From contig JAZRRE010000030.1 in NCBI GenBank assembly GCA_045650505.1, positions 78,285 through 142,284 on the forward strand: DNA of 64,000 bases, in the 5' to 3' direction. The translations under genes and the position numbers were made by a program. The notes beneath the pieces were generated by a model. The model saw nothing but the letters and a program-made list of their open reading frames with translations, did no database searches and was not told where the DNA came from. Numbering within the stretch: the first letter of the stretch is position 1; the number at the start of each line of letters is the position of its first letter. Shown piece after piece: positions 50,804-60,110 of the stretch. Source of the DNA: Clostridia bacterium. Lineage in GTDB: Bacteria > Bacillota > Clostridia > Christensenellales > UBA1242.

Positions 50804-51352
50804 ATGAAAACTAAATTTAATGAAATTATTGAAAGCTTCAAGTCTGCAACTCTTAAATTTGATAATGATGACAAAGAATATTCTTTAGCTGTCAAACAAG
50901 AGTTTGTCGGAGACCGTTTGTGTTTGAAATACACCCTTGAAGCCGGATACGAAAAAGTGGCAAGGGTTTCACTTTATTATGTTTATAACGATGAAAATGG
51001 CATTAAAAAAAGAACCTCTTTTGGTTACACAGAAGTTCCTGAAAGTATGTTTGAAATTGACCATTTTTATGTTGAACCAAAGTTTAGAAATGCCGGGATA
51101 GGCACTGCATTTTTTAATATCATTATGCAAAACATTGTTGATTTCGACAAGTCACAAAACTTAAACTCAAAACTTGTGCTTGTTAGACTAAACACACCTG
51201 AAGCCACTGCATTCTTCCAAAAATGGAATGCTCGTGAAAATGACAGATTTATTAATGAGGCAGTTCAAACAACAAGAATGATTATTGACAAGCCAAAAGT
51301 TGTTCCAGCAAAAAACTTGATTGTCACAAACAACCCTCCACAGTTTCAATAA
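50804..51352 (+). CDS. Divergent GNAT-fold protein
   Basis: IDHFYVEPKFRNAGIGT, EATAFFQKW. Confidence 0.75.
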   Translation: MKTKFNEIIESFKSATLKFDNDDKEYSLAVKQEFVGDRLCLKYTLEAGYEKVARVSLYYVYNDENGIKKRTSFGYTEVPESMFEIDHFYVEPKFRNAGIGTAFFNIIMQNIVDFDKSQNLNSKLVLVRLNTPEATAFFQKWNARENDRFINEAVQTTRMIIDKPKVVPAKNLIVTNNPPQFQ

Positions 51353-51393
51353 ACGCAAAATAAAAACACACCAAACTATGGTGTGTTTTTTTA

Positions 51394-51930
51394 TTAAACA
51401 TTTTTACCAAGATTATACGCTTGATTCATAACCTCTTCATTTTTCCTTGCATCGCCACGCTCATTCATTCCAATACCATAAACAAGCCCCTTTTCTTCAC
51501 ATTCTTCAAAGCAATATTTAGTTGCACCACGAATTGCTTCAAAGGTGTTATCCATAATTTCGGCATCACTATCCCATTGAGTTGCAATCATATAAATATC
51601 TGCTCTAATTTTTGTGTAGTTAGTCACAAGTCTATCGATAAACACTTTGAGTTGTCCGCACATTGAATAAAAATAAACAGGTGTTGCAAACACAATTGCA
51701 TCAGCATTCAAAAGCTTTTCAGAAAGTTCATTCATTCCGTCATCAAGAATACATTTGCCGGTTGTGTGACAAGAATAACAGGCTGTGCAATATTTCAAAT
51801 TGTAATCACGAAGCGAAATGAATTCAACATTATTCCCAGCCTCTTTTGCACCTCTTTCAAATTCTTTTGCAAGAGTTTCAGAGTTTCCACCCACTCTTGG
51901 TGAAGAAGAAATTATAACCACATTTTTCAT
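51394..51930 (-). CDS. Flavodoxin family / iron-sulfur flavoprotein
   Basis: SSPRVGGNS, CTACYSC....C, ATPVYF. Confidence 0.9.
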   Translation of the reverse strand: MKNVVIISSSPRVGGNSETLAKEFERGAKEAGNNVEFISLRDYNLKYCTACYSCHTTGKCILDDGMNELSEKLLNADAIVFATPVYFYSMCGQLKVFIDRLVTNYTKIRADIYMIATQWDSDAEIMDNTFEAIRGATKYCFEECEEKGLVYGIGMNERGDARKNEEVMNQAYNLGKNV

Positions 51931-52021
51931 TTTTCTGCTCCTTAAAATAAAATTTATCTACACCTAAATTATAAATAAATGGTAAATAAAAAAGCAACTA
52001 AAAAATTTAGTTGCTTTAATT

Positions 52022-53803
52022 TTACTCAATGCTTTTAAGTGAAGCATTCATATCTATCTTTGTTATTTTCTTTTTCAAAAGAAGTGTTGCAAGAAAACTG
52101 AAGAACATTGTGATGAATGGATTAAGCACCCATGTCCACCAATTCATTTGCTCGATTGAACCAAAGTTAATCAGTTCAAACACAAAATCTAAAAACACAT
52201 ATCCAAGTGGAAGCCCAAGAATTGCACCGATAAATGCCATAATATAAACTTCTCTAAAAATGTATCCCATAACTTCTTTTTCGTGATAGCCAAGCACCAT
52301 CAGTGTTGCGATTTCTCTGTTTCTTTCACTAACATTTATGTTTGTGATGTTATAAATAACAAGTGCTGAAAGTGCTGCTGAAAACGCAATAATTGCAGCG
52401 GCGATAGCAACAATTGAAACTGCATCTTTATATCCCACTGCACAATCAAAAAGCCCCATTCCTGCAAGCAACAATATAGATGAACCAATAATTGAAAACA
52501 CCATCATAAAGAAACGACTTTTAAATAAAAACACATTTCTAAATGTTGATTTATATCTAAAACTTAATCTGTTCCAAACAATAGGCATTCTTTCAATCAA
52601 AACTTTCTTTCCAACTTTTGCAGACTTTGGTGTTAAAAGTTCAACCGGTTTTCTGTCAGCAATTCTCATACCGGTGATAAATGTAAGTAGGCAAGTTGCA
52701 AACATAATTATTCCAAATGTAAATAAATAATATCCAAAGTTGAATGATGACACATAGTCTGGCATATCATAATGTGCAGACATCGCAACATAAATCATCT
52801 TTGTAAGTGCTTGACCAACACCAAATGCAAGAAGTCCACCAACAACTGTTGCGATAAACACAAAGAATGTATATTTGCCGGTAATTTTTGAACTTGAATA
52901 ACCAAGTGTTTTTTGACACGCAATTTGCGCCCTCTCTTCATCTAACAGTCTTGACATTGTTGAGAACACAACTAAAAGTGTGATGAGCAAGAAAAATACC
53001 ACAAAAATAATTGTAATTAACCCAATTTTTTCCGCATAAGAATTAAGCGAATATAAACCAAAATTTTCAAACAAACTTAATGCTGAAACATTTTCTTCAC
53101 CAAGCTTTGAAATGATATCTTGTTTTGCAAGGCTAACCTTGTCTTCATATTTTTTGTTAAATGAATCAAAAAGTGTGTTATCAGAAAACTTAACATAAAT
53201 ATCATTGGTCATCATAAGTGAATTTAAATAAACAACTTGTGAAACCATTTTGTCTTTGTTTGAAAACGCAACTTCTTCTGCCCTGTGCATCAAAAGAGGG
53301 TTTTGAACAATTCCTGAAACGGTGTATGTTTTTGCACCCACCACCGGAAGTGTGATGGTGATAGAATCTCCAACTTTTGCACCTTCAAATAAATCGGTTT
53401 GTCTTTCAACCATAACTTCATTGTCATTCTTTGGAATCTCACCTTCTAAAATTTGAAGCTTGTTGATTTCCGCGTTTTTTAAATCATATGAATAAACTCT
53501 TGTGATTTTTTCATTATCTTCAAATTCCATACAAAATGATTTTAAGATATTTTCTGCACCGAAAGTATTTTCAATAATTTCAATTTCTTCAACTGAAAAT
53601 CCTGTTAATTTTTTGCTTTTCAAATAAAGGTCTGAAATGTTATATGTTTTATAATTTTTGTTGATTGTCTTTTCAATTGTTGGTTGAACTTCGCCAACTC
53701 CTGACATAAAACCAATACTCACAACCACAATGGCAATGATTGTGATAAGCCTTGCAATATGTTTTTTAAATAACCTTGCGGCTGAAATAAAACTTGCTTT
53801 CAT
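52022..53803 (-). CDS. ABC transporter permease (FtsX/MacB-like)
   Basis: Two permease repeats (ERAQIACQKTLG, ERNREIATLMVLG). Confidence 0.92.
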   Translation of the reverse strand: MKASFISAARLFKKHIARLITIIAIVVVSIGFMSGVGEVQPTIEKTINKNYKTYNISDLYLKSKKLTGFSVEEIEIIENTFGAENILKSFCMEFEDNEKITRVYSYDLKNAEINKLQILEGEIPKNDNEVMVERQTDLFEGAKVGDSITITLPVVGAKTYTVSGIVQNPLLMHRAEEVAFSNKDKMVSQVVYLNSLMMTNDIYVKFSDNTLFDSFNKKYEDKVSLAKQDIISKLGEENVSALSLFENFGLYSLNSYAEKIGLITIIFVVFFLLITLLVVFSTMSRLLDEERAQIACQKTLGYSSSKITGKYTFFVFIATVVGGLLAFGVGQALTKMIYVAMSAHYDMPDYVSSFNFGYYLFTFGIIMFATCLLTFITGMRIADRKPVELLTPKSAKVGKKVLIERMPIVWNRLSFRYKSTFRNVFLFKSRFFMMVFSIIGSSILLLAGMGLFDCAVGYKDAVSIVAIAAAIIAFSAALSALVIYNITNINVSERNREIATLMVLGYHEKEVMGYIFREVYIMAFIGAILGLPLGYVFLDFVFELINFGSIEQMNWWTWVLNPFITMFFSFLATLLLKKKITKIDMNASLKSIE

Positions 53804-54504
53804 TACCACTCAATCTCCTCAATTGGAATTGGTTTTTTATTGACAGTAACTTTCTTGATTGTGCCATTTTTAATTGAAATAACCCTGTCTGCCATATCTT
53901 TAAGTGCTTGGTTGTGAGTAACCACAATAACAAGTTTATTATTCTTTTTTGAAACATCATATAAAAGTCTTAAAATGTTTTTTCCAGTGATGTAATCAAG
54001 CGCGCCGGTTGGCTCATCACAAAGAAGAATTTTAGGGTTTTTAGCAATAGCCCTTGCAATTGAAACTCTTTGTTGTTCACCACCTGAAAGCTGTGCTGGA
54101 AAGTTGTTAAGCTTATCACCAAGCCCAACCTCTTTCAAAATTTCAGTTGGGTCTAATGCTTCTTTGCAAATTTCAGTTGCAAGCTCAACATTTTCTTTTG
54201 CAGTCATATTAGGCATCAAATTATAAAACTGAAAAACAAAGCCAACATCAGTTCTGCGATAATTAGTAAGCTCTTTTTTGTGAAGCTGCGAAATAATTAA
54301 TCCGTCTAAAATGATGTCACCAGAAGTAGCAGAGTCCATTCCACCAAGAAGATTTAAAAGGGTTGTCTTTCCCGCACCACTTGGTCCTAAAATCACAACG
54401 AACTCACCATTTTCAAGTTCAAAATTCACATCTGTGAGCGCTTTAAATGCCCCCGCTTCTGACTTATATTCTTTGCATACATTTTCAAGTTTTAAAAAGC
54501 TCAT
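53803..54504 (-). CDS. ABC transporter ATP-binding protein (LolD/MacB-like)
   Basis: [24 protein letters not shown]. Confidence 0.96.
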   Translation of the reverse strand: MSFLKLENVCKEYKSEAGAFKALTDVNFELENGEFVVILGPSGAGKTTLLNLLGGMDSATSGDIILDGLIISQLHKKELTNYRRTDVGFVFQFYNLMPNMTAKENVELATEICKEALDPTEILKEVGLGDKLNNFPAQLSGGEQQRVSIARAIAKNPKILLCDEPTGALDYITGKNILRLLYDVSKKNNKLVIVVTHNQALKDMADRVISIKNGTIKKVTVNKKPIPIEEIEW

Positions 54505-54679
54505 AATTACCTCTCTTATACTAGATTATCATATCAAAAAAATATCAAAAACACAATGCTTTTTTTTGCGGTAATTTCATATATTATAAATCTTTTATCA
54601 TCACAATATATTTATTGTCAAATTATGTTGATTATTTGCTTGTTTTGCATTAAAATATAATAGATAAAAGGAAAAAAAT

Positions 54680-56452
54680 ATGAAAAAATTAGAAAAAAAT
54701 AAAGTTAATAATAAAAACGAACAAACCGAAAAGGTAACAAAAAAAGAAAAACTTGAAGTTACACCAAAAAAGAAACGACTTGCTGTCACCATTCTTGCAT
54801 CGTTTGCACTGCCTTTCATTTTGTGTGTTGCAACACCTGTGGCTGTTTTTTCAAACAACATTAATGAGTTTTTATTCTCTTGGAGTGATTTTATTCCAAT
54901 GTGCTTGCTCTTCACAGTTATTCTTGCGGGAATTTTATTCTCTATAATATTTTTCTTGCCAGAACGAGCATATAGAATTTGTTTGCACATTGTGATTGCG
55001 TTTGCATTCTTGTTCTTTGTTCAGTCAACTTATCTCAATGGTTCAATGTCACTTTCTGGTGACAATATGGGCGGAACACCATCACTTGTTTCAAGAATAA
55101 TCAATCTCATTGTTTGGGTTGGTTGTATGGCTGCATTTGTTGTGCTAGCAAACTTTAAAGACAAGAAAAAATATATCAAAACCGTTTCACTCATTTTGTG
55201 TGTTGTGGTAATTTTTACACAAGTTATTTCAAGCATAACACCAATGCTTTCAAACAAAAACTTTTTTAAAACCAAAGCAGAACGTGATGGCGCAAGTGCT
55301 ACCGTTAATTATGTAACTTATAAAAACTTAAATAAATATTCCACAACCGATAATATCTATTATTTTGTTATTGACAGATTTGATGAAAATTATGCAGAAG
55401 AAGCAATTTCTCACAGCCCAACATTCTTCAATCACTTAACCGGTTTCACTTGGTTCCAAGACAATATTGCACTCTATGGTCACACTTTTCCAGCAATGGC
55501 ATATTTATTGACCGGAATCGAATATTCTTGTGAACTTGACAGGGGCGAATATTTTGAATCAATTTATACTCAAAACAACTATTTGAAAGAATTTGCAGAT
55601 GCAGGCTATGATGTAAACGTTTATAGTGAATCATATTACACATATACTTCTGCAACCCTTCCAGATTATATTGCAAACAAAGAGCCTTGCACCTCTTCAC
55701 TTAAAAGCAAATTCAAACTTGCTTGGAGAATGGTTGAGCTTGGCGTGTTTGTTGGAGCACCTCTCTTTTGCAAATCACTTTTTAACAATATGAGCACTTC
55801 TGCTTTTGATAACTTGTTTGAATTCACATCTCTTGAGGGAAACATTGGTTACACAGGCACAAATGATATTGTTTTAGAAAATGTTGAAAAGTTAGAGTTT
55901 GAAGAAACCACAAATAAACAATTCAATGTTATTCACATTGAAGGTTGCCATGAAGAATCTTCAAACAACCCAGACAATAAAAATAGTTCTTACTCACTTC
56001 TCACAAAGAGTTTCAAAATTATCAATAAATTTATCAACAACTTAAAAGATAAAGGGCTTTATGATGAAGCAACAATTGTTATCACCGGTGACCACGCAGC
56101 ACCATATAACCACTTTGTAGAAGTTTATAACGAAAGAAGAATGGCTTTGTTTTTCAAACCTTCACAAACCGAAGCTGAATCACAAGAAGCCTTGAAAATC
56201 TCAAAAGCAAAAGTTGAACAAAAAAATATTATGCCAACAATTTTTGAATCTGTTGGTTTAACAAGTGAAATTGCCACAGCAAATGGTGACACATCACTCT
56301 TTGTAACAGACTCTGCTGAAAGAAAACACGTTTGGCACACCTATGTTGGAAATGTTATTGAATTTATTTACAAAATAACAGGCGATGGCAGCAACTTTGA
56401 CAATTGGCACGAAATTAGCAAAAAAACATATAACCGAAATATTATGAACTAA
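54680..56452 (+). CDS. Membrane-anchored sulfatase/alkaline-phosphatase superfamily protein
   Basis: About five N-terminal TM helices; IYYFVIDRFD, HTFPA, IVITGDH. Confidence 0.8.
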   Translation: MKKLEKNKVNNKNEQTEKVTKKEKLEVTPKKKRLAVTILASFALPFILCVATPVAVFSNNINEFLFSWSDFIPMCLLFTVILAGILFSIIFFLPERAYRICLHIVIAFAFLFFVQSTYLNGSMSLSGDNMGGTPSLVSRIINLIVWVGCMAAFVVLANFKDKKKYIKTVSLILCVVVIFTQVISSITPMLSNKNFFKTKAERDGASATVNYVTYKNLNKYSTTDNIYYFVIDRFDENYAEEAISHSPTFFNHLTGFTWFQDNIALYGHTFPAMAYLLTGIEYSCELDRGEYFESIYTQNNYLKEFADAGYDVNVYSESYYTYTSATLPDYIANKEPCTSSLKSKFKLAWRMVELGVFVGAPLFCKSLFNNMSTSAFDNLFEFTSLEGNIGYTGTNDIVLENVEKLEFEETTNKQFNVIHIEGCHEESSNNPDNKNSSYSLLTKSFKIINKFINNLKDKGLYDEATIVITGDHAAPYNHFVEVYNERRMALFFKPSQTEAESQEALKISKAKVEQKNIMPTIFESVGLTSEIATANGDTSLFVTDSAERKHVWHTYVGNVIEFIYKITGDGSNFDNWHEISKKTYNRNIMN

Positions 56453-56483
56453 TCAAAATTCATCACTAAATTGGAGTTCATTT

Positions 56484-56987
56484 ATGGCAAGAGAACAACG
56501 TGAGTTTTATGACAAAAACAGCAACCCAACCGGAATCACATACTTTAAAGGCGACCCTATTCCAGAGGGCTTTTACCCAATGGTTGTTATGGTTTGCATT
56601 CAAAACAGCAAAGGCGAATTTTTAATGCAAAAACGCGTTCCTGAAAAAGGTGGCGACTATGGTGTGACCGGTGGTCACCCAAAGAAAAGTGAAACCCCAA
56701 TTGAAGGAATGCTCACCGAAATCAAAGAGGAACTAGGAATCACTGTTAACGCTGACGACCTTGAAATTTTTGACGAAGGTTGTGACGGCACTGATTGCTA
56801 TAAAATGTATTACTTAAAACTTGACCTTGAAATCACAGACTTTGAAATTCAAAAAGAAGAACTCACTGAAGTTCAATGGTTCTCAATTGAGAAACTTCAA
56901 GAAATGGTTAAAAACAAAATCTTAAACCCAAATCAAATTGCCTGCTTTTTGAAATGTATGAAATATTTAAATTCAAAAAATAAATAA
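56484..56987 (+). CDS. NUDIX hydrolase
   Basis: GGHPKKSETPIEGMLTEIKEELGI Nudix box. Confidence 0.9.
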   Translation: MAREQREFYDKNSNPTGITYFKGDPIPEGFYPMVVMVCIQNSKGEFLMQKRVPEKGGDYGVTGGHPKKSETPIEGMLTEIKEELGITVNADDLEIFDEGCDGTDCYKMYYLKLDLEITDFEIQKEELTEVQWFSIEKLQEMVKNKILNPNQIACFLKCMKYLNSKNK

Positions 56988-57008
56988 TTAAAAATAAAAT
57001 TTAAACAA

Positions 57009-57033
57009 AAAAACCGGAAAATTTTCCGGTTTT
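57009..57033. terminator. Bidirectional intrinsic terminator
   Basis: aaaaccggaaaattttccggtttt palindrome between convergent genes. Confidence 0.8.
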
Positions 57034-57051
57034 TATTTTGCGTTCAATTCA

Positions 57052-57789
57052 TTATTGCATTGTTTGTGGTTCTGGCTTTGGTTGTGGTTTTGTTACCACT
57101 CTAACATTTTGAAGTTTGTTAAAATCAACAACCACTTCATCTTCGCCTTTTCTGTCAAAATAAGCAAACACATCTTGCTTGTTGATATTTGCAGCATAAA
57201 CCTTGCCCTTGCCCCATCTTTCAGCAAACCATTTTGCTTTGCCAAAACTTGTTGTCCAAGAAAGTGCTTTTGTGCTTTGTTTGTTTCCTTCAGCAACCCC
57301 TCTATAAATAACCAAAGTGTCATCTAAATCACGGTAAGTTTCCATTTCACTTTCACTCATAAGTGCTTTTTTGTCAACACGCTTGAAAAGTTCAAGCACT
57401 TCTTTTTTTGAAACATTTGCATCTTCGTTTGCATACTCACTTTTAACCCACGCTTCACCAAGAAGTGTTCCAAAGTCTTCATTTGATAAAAAGGCTGCAA
57501 CATCTCTCACAAACATTAAAGCATAAGCATCATTAACCAAATAAAAAATATGATGTGCATTAACACTATCATCAATTTGCCCTTCCATAACAAGTTTCCA
57601 CTTTTTGAAATCAATTTGATTTGTGATGTTTAATTGATAATAATCGTCATCATAAGGCACAACAATAAGTCCACTCTTTGTAAATGGGTGGCTAACAATC
57701 ATTGGTGAATATTCTGTTTTTAAAACAGGAACACCCAAAAGCCCTTTTGCAATATTTTTAACACTTTCAAAATCAGTTGTTTTTTCCAT
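57052..57789 (-). CDS. Putative ADP-ribosyltransferase-fold protein (R-S-E type)
   Basis: IYRG, LSWTTS..KAKWFA, GEDEVVV; ATG 57789 after AGGAG. Confidence 0.65.
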   Translation of the reverse strand: MEKTTDFESVKNIAKGLLGVPVLKTEYSPMIVSHPFTKSGLIVVPYDDDYYQLNITNQIDFKKWKLVMEGQIDDSVNAHHIFYLVNDAYALMFVRDVAAFLSNEDFGTLLGEAWVKSEYANEDANVSKKEVLELFKRVDKKALMSESEMETYRDLDDTLVIYRGVAEGNKQSTKALSWTTSFGKAKWFAERWGKGKVYAANINKQDVFAYFDRKGEDEVVVDFNKLQNVRVVTKPQPKPEPQTMQ

Positions 57790-57882
57790 AAATTTTTCAC
57801 TCCTGTTTTTATTATAACACATTTTAAAGGCATTTTTCAATACCCCTTTTTTCAAGCCATCATTCAACCCTTTATTATATGT

Positions 57883-58392
57883 TTAGACCATATATTTATG
57901 AATATCCATTTCAATAAATGTGTTAGACTTTTCTTGAATCTGCTTTAAAATTTCATCTTTAACTTGAACCGCAAAATCAAACTCATCTTTGGTGATAACA
58001 CCAAGTTTCAAAGCCTCTTCAAGTTCATCTTCATCAAGCACACGAATGTCACCCGACCTTCCAATAATGATATCTAAAAATAAATCATCATAATATGGTG
58101 CGTTTGCTTCGGTGTCAAAACCTGTGCTTTTTGAAATGTCGATATAACGCTGCAAAATATTGCGTTCTTCATCAAAAAACACCCTCACATTAAAGTTCGA
58201 ATTTTTCGGCGTGATTTCAATAAGCATATAGCCGTCATCAACCAAAGTTTCACCATTCACGCGAAAAGGTTTTTCTGCTTTTGTGATTTTTTTCACAACC
58301 ACAAAACAGCCAATGTCTTTTTCATCAAACATTTGACTTTTAAACTCAACAAGATTTTTGGTATGCGTTTTTGTTGTCCATTTCTTTCTCAT
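57883..58392 (-). CDS. DUF402 domain protein
   Basis: YIDI, YDDLFLDII, VLDEDELEEAL..G.I. Confidence 0.88.
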   Translation of the reverse strand: MRKKWTTKTHTKNLVEFKSQMFDEKDIGCFVVVKKITKAEKPFRVNGETLVDDGYMLIEITPKNSNFNVRVFFDEERNILQRYIDISKSTGFDTEANAPYYDDLFLDIIIGRSGDIRVLDEDELEEALKLGVITKDEFDFAVQVKDEILKQIQEKSNTFIEMDIHKYMV

Positions 58393-58490
58393 AATTTAAT
58401 TATAACACCCACATAAAATTTTTCAATAGCCTTTAAAATTTTAAAGCCCACAAAAAAATCACCCTGCAACACAAAGCAGAGTGACTTGTT

Positions 58491-59024
58491 TTAAAAATTA
58501 ATGGTTTCAATAACTTTTCCTTTAAGTTCTTTAATTTCAATTTTGCCATCACTAATCACTGCATAACTTGGCCCATAAGCCCCTTTAGGAAGTGAAAGTG
58601 AACCAGGGTTGATATATTTGCAAGCATCAACATAATCAATCACCACAGGAACATGAGTGTGACCACCAAACACAAAGTCTTTTTTTGGCATATTTTTAGT
58701 GTCTAACTTGTGACCGTGAACAAACAAGAACGACTTTCCAAAAAGTTCAGTTTCATATAAGTCTGCAATTTCAAAAGTTGAAATCATTTGGTCAACTTCA
58801 GCATCGCAGTTGCCTTTCACGCATTTAATTTTATCTTTATAATGGTTCAAAATTTCAGCCACTTTCATAGGCGCATATTTCTTTGGAAACTTATTTCTTG
58901 GCCCATGATAATAAAGGTCACCAAGAAGAATAATTTGCTCTGGCTTTTCTTCTTCAATTTTTTCAGCCAACTTCTTCATATAATAACTTGAACCATGAAT
59001 GTCAGACGCAACAAAAATTTTCAT
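58491..59024 (-). CDS. Metallophosphoesterase, YfcE family
   Basis: ASDIHGS, LGDLYYHGPRN, GNCD, HGH, GHTH, NPGS. Confidence 0.93.
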   Translation of the reverse strand: MKIFVASDIHGSSYYMKKLAEKIEEEKPEQIILLGDLYYHGPRNKFPKKYAPMKVAEILNHYKDKIKCVKGNCDAEVDQMISTFEIADLYETELFGKSFLFVHGHKLDTKNMPKKDFVFGGHTHVPVVIDYVDACKYINPGSLSLPKGAYGPSYAVISDGKIEIKELKGKVIETINF

Positions 59025-59034
59025 AATCTTTCTC

Positions 59035-59556
59035 CTATTTAATAAACTTAACTTCGCCGATTTCTTTGTATGCTGGCTTTGGAGCGTTAGGGTTGGCATA
59101 TCCAAGAGCTGCAAGCCCATAAACAATGTGATTATCAGGAATTTCAATTTCTTTCAAAATTTCACGAATCTCTGGTTCATCGCAAATGCCTGTGAGTTGA
59201 TTTATCCAAACCGAACCCACGCCATAAGACTCTGCTGCCAAAAATATGTTTTGAAGCGCACACGCATTATCTTCTCTGCCATATTTGCTGTCACGCTCAT
59301 TTGAAGGAATAATGAGTGCCACAGGGTTATACATATCATAACTAGGCCTGTCTAAAACTTTTTCAATCACTTTTGCAAGCCTTTCAATAATCTCTTTATT
59401 CATCACAACAGTAAATTTCCAAGTTTTTCTGCACATTCCACTTGGTGCGTGCATTGCGGCATCTGCCAACTCTTTCAAAATTTCTTCAGCCACCGGCTCA
59501 CTTGAAAAACTGCGAACACTTCTTCTATTCATTATAGTTTTCATTGTTTCATTCAT
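59035..59556 (-). CDS. Nitroreductase family protein
   Basis: RRSVRSF, HAPS, QNIFLAA..GVGSVWI. Confidence 0.93.
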   Translation of the reverse strand: MNETMKTIMNRRSVRSFSSEPVAEEILKELADAAMHAPSGMCRKTWKFTVVMNKEIIERLAKVIEKVLDRPSYDMYNPVALIIPSNERDSKYGREDNACALQNIFLAAESYGVGSVWINQLTGICDEPEIREILKEIEIPDNHIVYGLAALGYANPNAPKPAYKEIGEVKFIK

Positions 59557-59697
59557 ATCACACCTCTCCCACCAACATTATATCACACCCCACCCCACAT
59601 TATGCAACAATATCACACAAACAAAATTTTCACACTCACATATTTCCATTTTTTGGAAAATGAAAAAGACTTGAGATTTCTCTTGAGGTTTTTTGTT

Positions 59698-59718
59698 TGG
59701 TGACCCCAAGCGGATTCG
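59698..59718 (-). other. tRNA 3' end remnant (probably tRNA-Glu); candidate att site
   Basis: Minus strand CGAATCCGCTTGGGGTCACCA (T-loop end, acceptor strand, CCA) without the rest of a tRNA. Confidence 0.75.
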
Positions 59719-59971
59719 TGAGGAGCAAAGCGACGGAATAGCAAGAACTTGTTTCGAGCGTCACTCATTTTGAACTGTCCAGCTTGGGGGAATAAAAAAA
59801 GCAGAAGCTTTTCTGCTTCTGCCTTGCTGGTGAAGCCACATCAACGATAATCGATGCAATCTCTTATAAAATCAGCAGTTAGATTGTGTTTTGAAAATTT
59901 ATCATTTTTGTTTGGCAAAAATTAAGCAATGTTTTTCTTAATGAAATTGTAATGTTTTTATGCCGTGAAAG

Positions 59972-60092
59972 GTTCTTGACACGAGTTTGAAACATTTAGG
60001 CTTTTTGCCCAAGGCAAGAGTTAAATCGCAAAGCGATTGGTGTCTTGCCACATTGCCCGAAAAAATGTTTCTACGAGGCTCGTGTCAAGAAC
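59972..60092. repeat. Long imperfect hairpin
   Basis: gttcttgacacgag/ctcgtgtcaagaac with nested gaaacattt/aaatgtttc, ggcaaga/tcttgcc, aatcgc/gcgatt. Confidence 0.75.
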
Positions 60093-60110
60093 ACCATGGA
60101 ATAAATACAT

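Noticed and set aside
54601-54990. 129-aa minus-strand ORF and similar short overlapping ORFs throughout the track
   Set aside because: Antisense or alternate-frame shadows of well-supported genes
8163-56452. A single polysaccharide locus (GT2, GT8, Wzy-like, sugar transferase, sulfatase-like)
   Set aside because: Genes are scattered and separately transcribed; no evidence of one unit
59698-59790. Complete tRNA gene
   Set aside because: Only the last 21 nt match; no anticodon or D arm upstream
59828-59840. Second tRNA 3' remnant (minus strand GGCTTCACCA before a terminator)
   Set aside because: Too short and lacks a T-loop; cannot be supported
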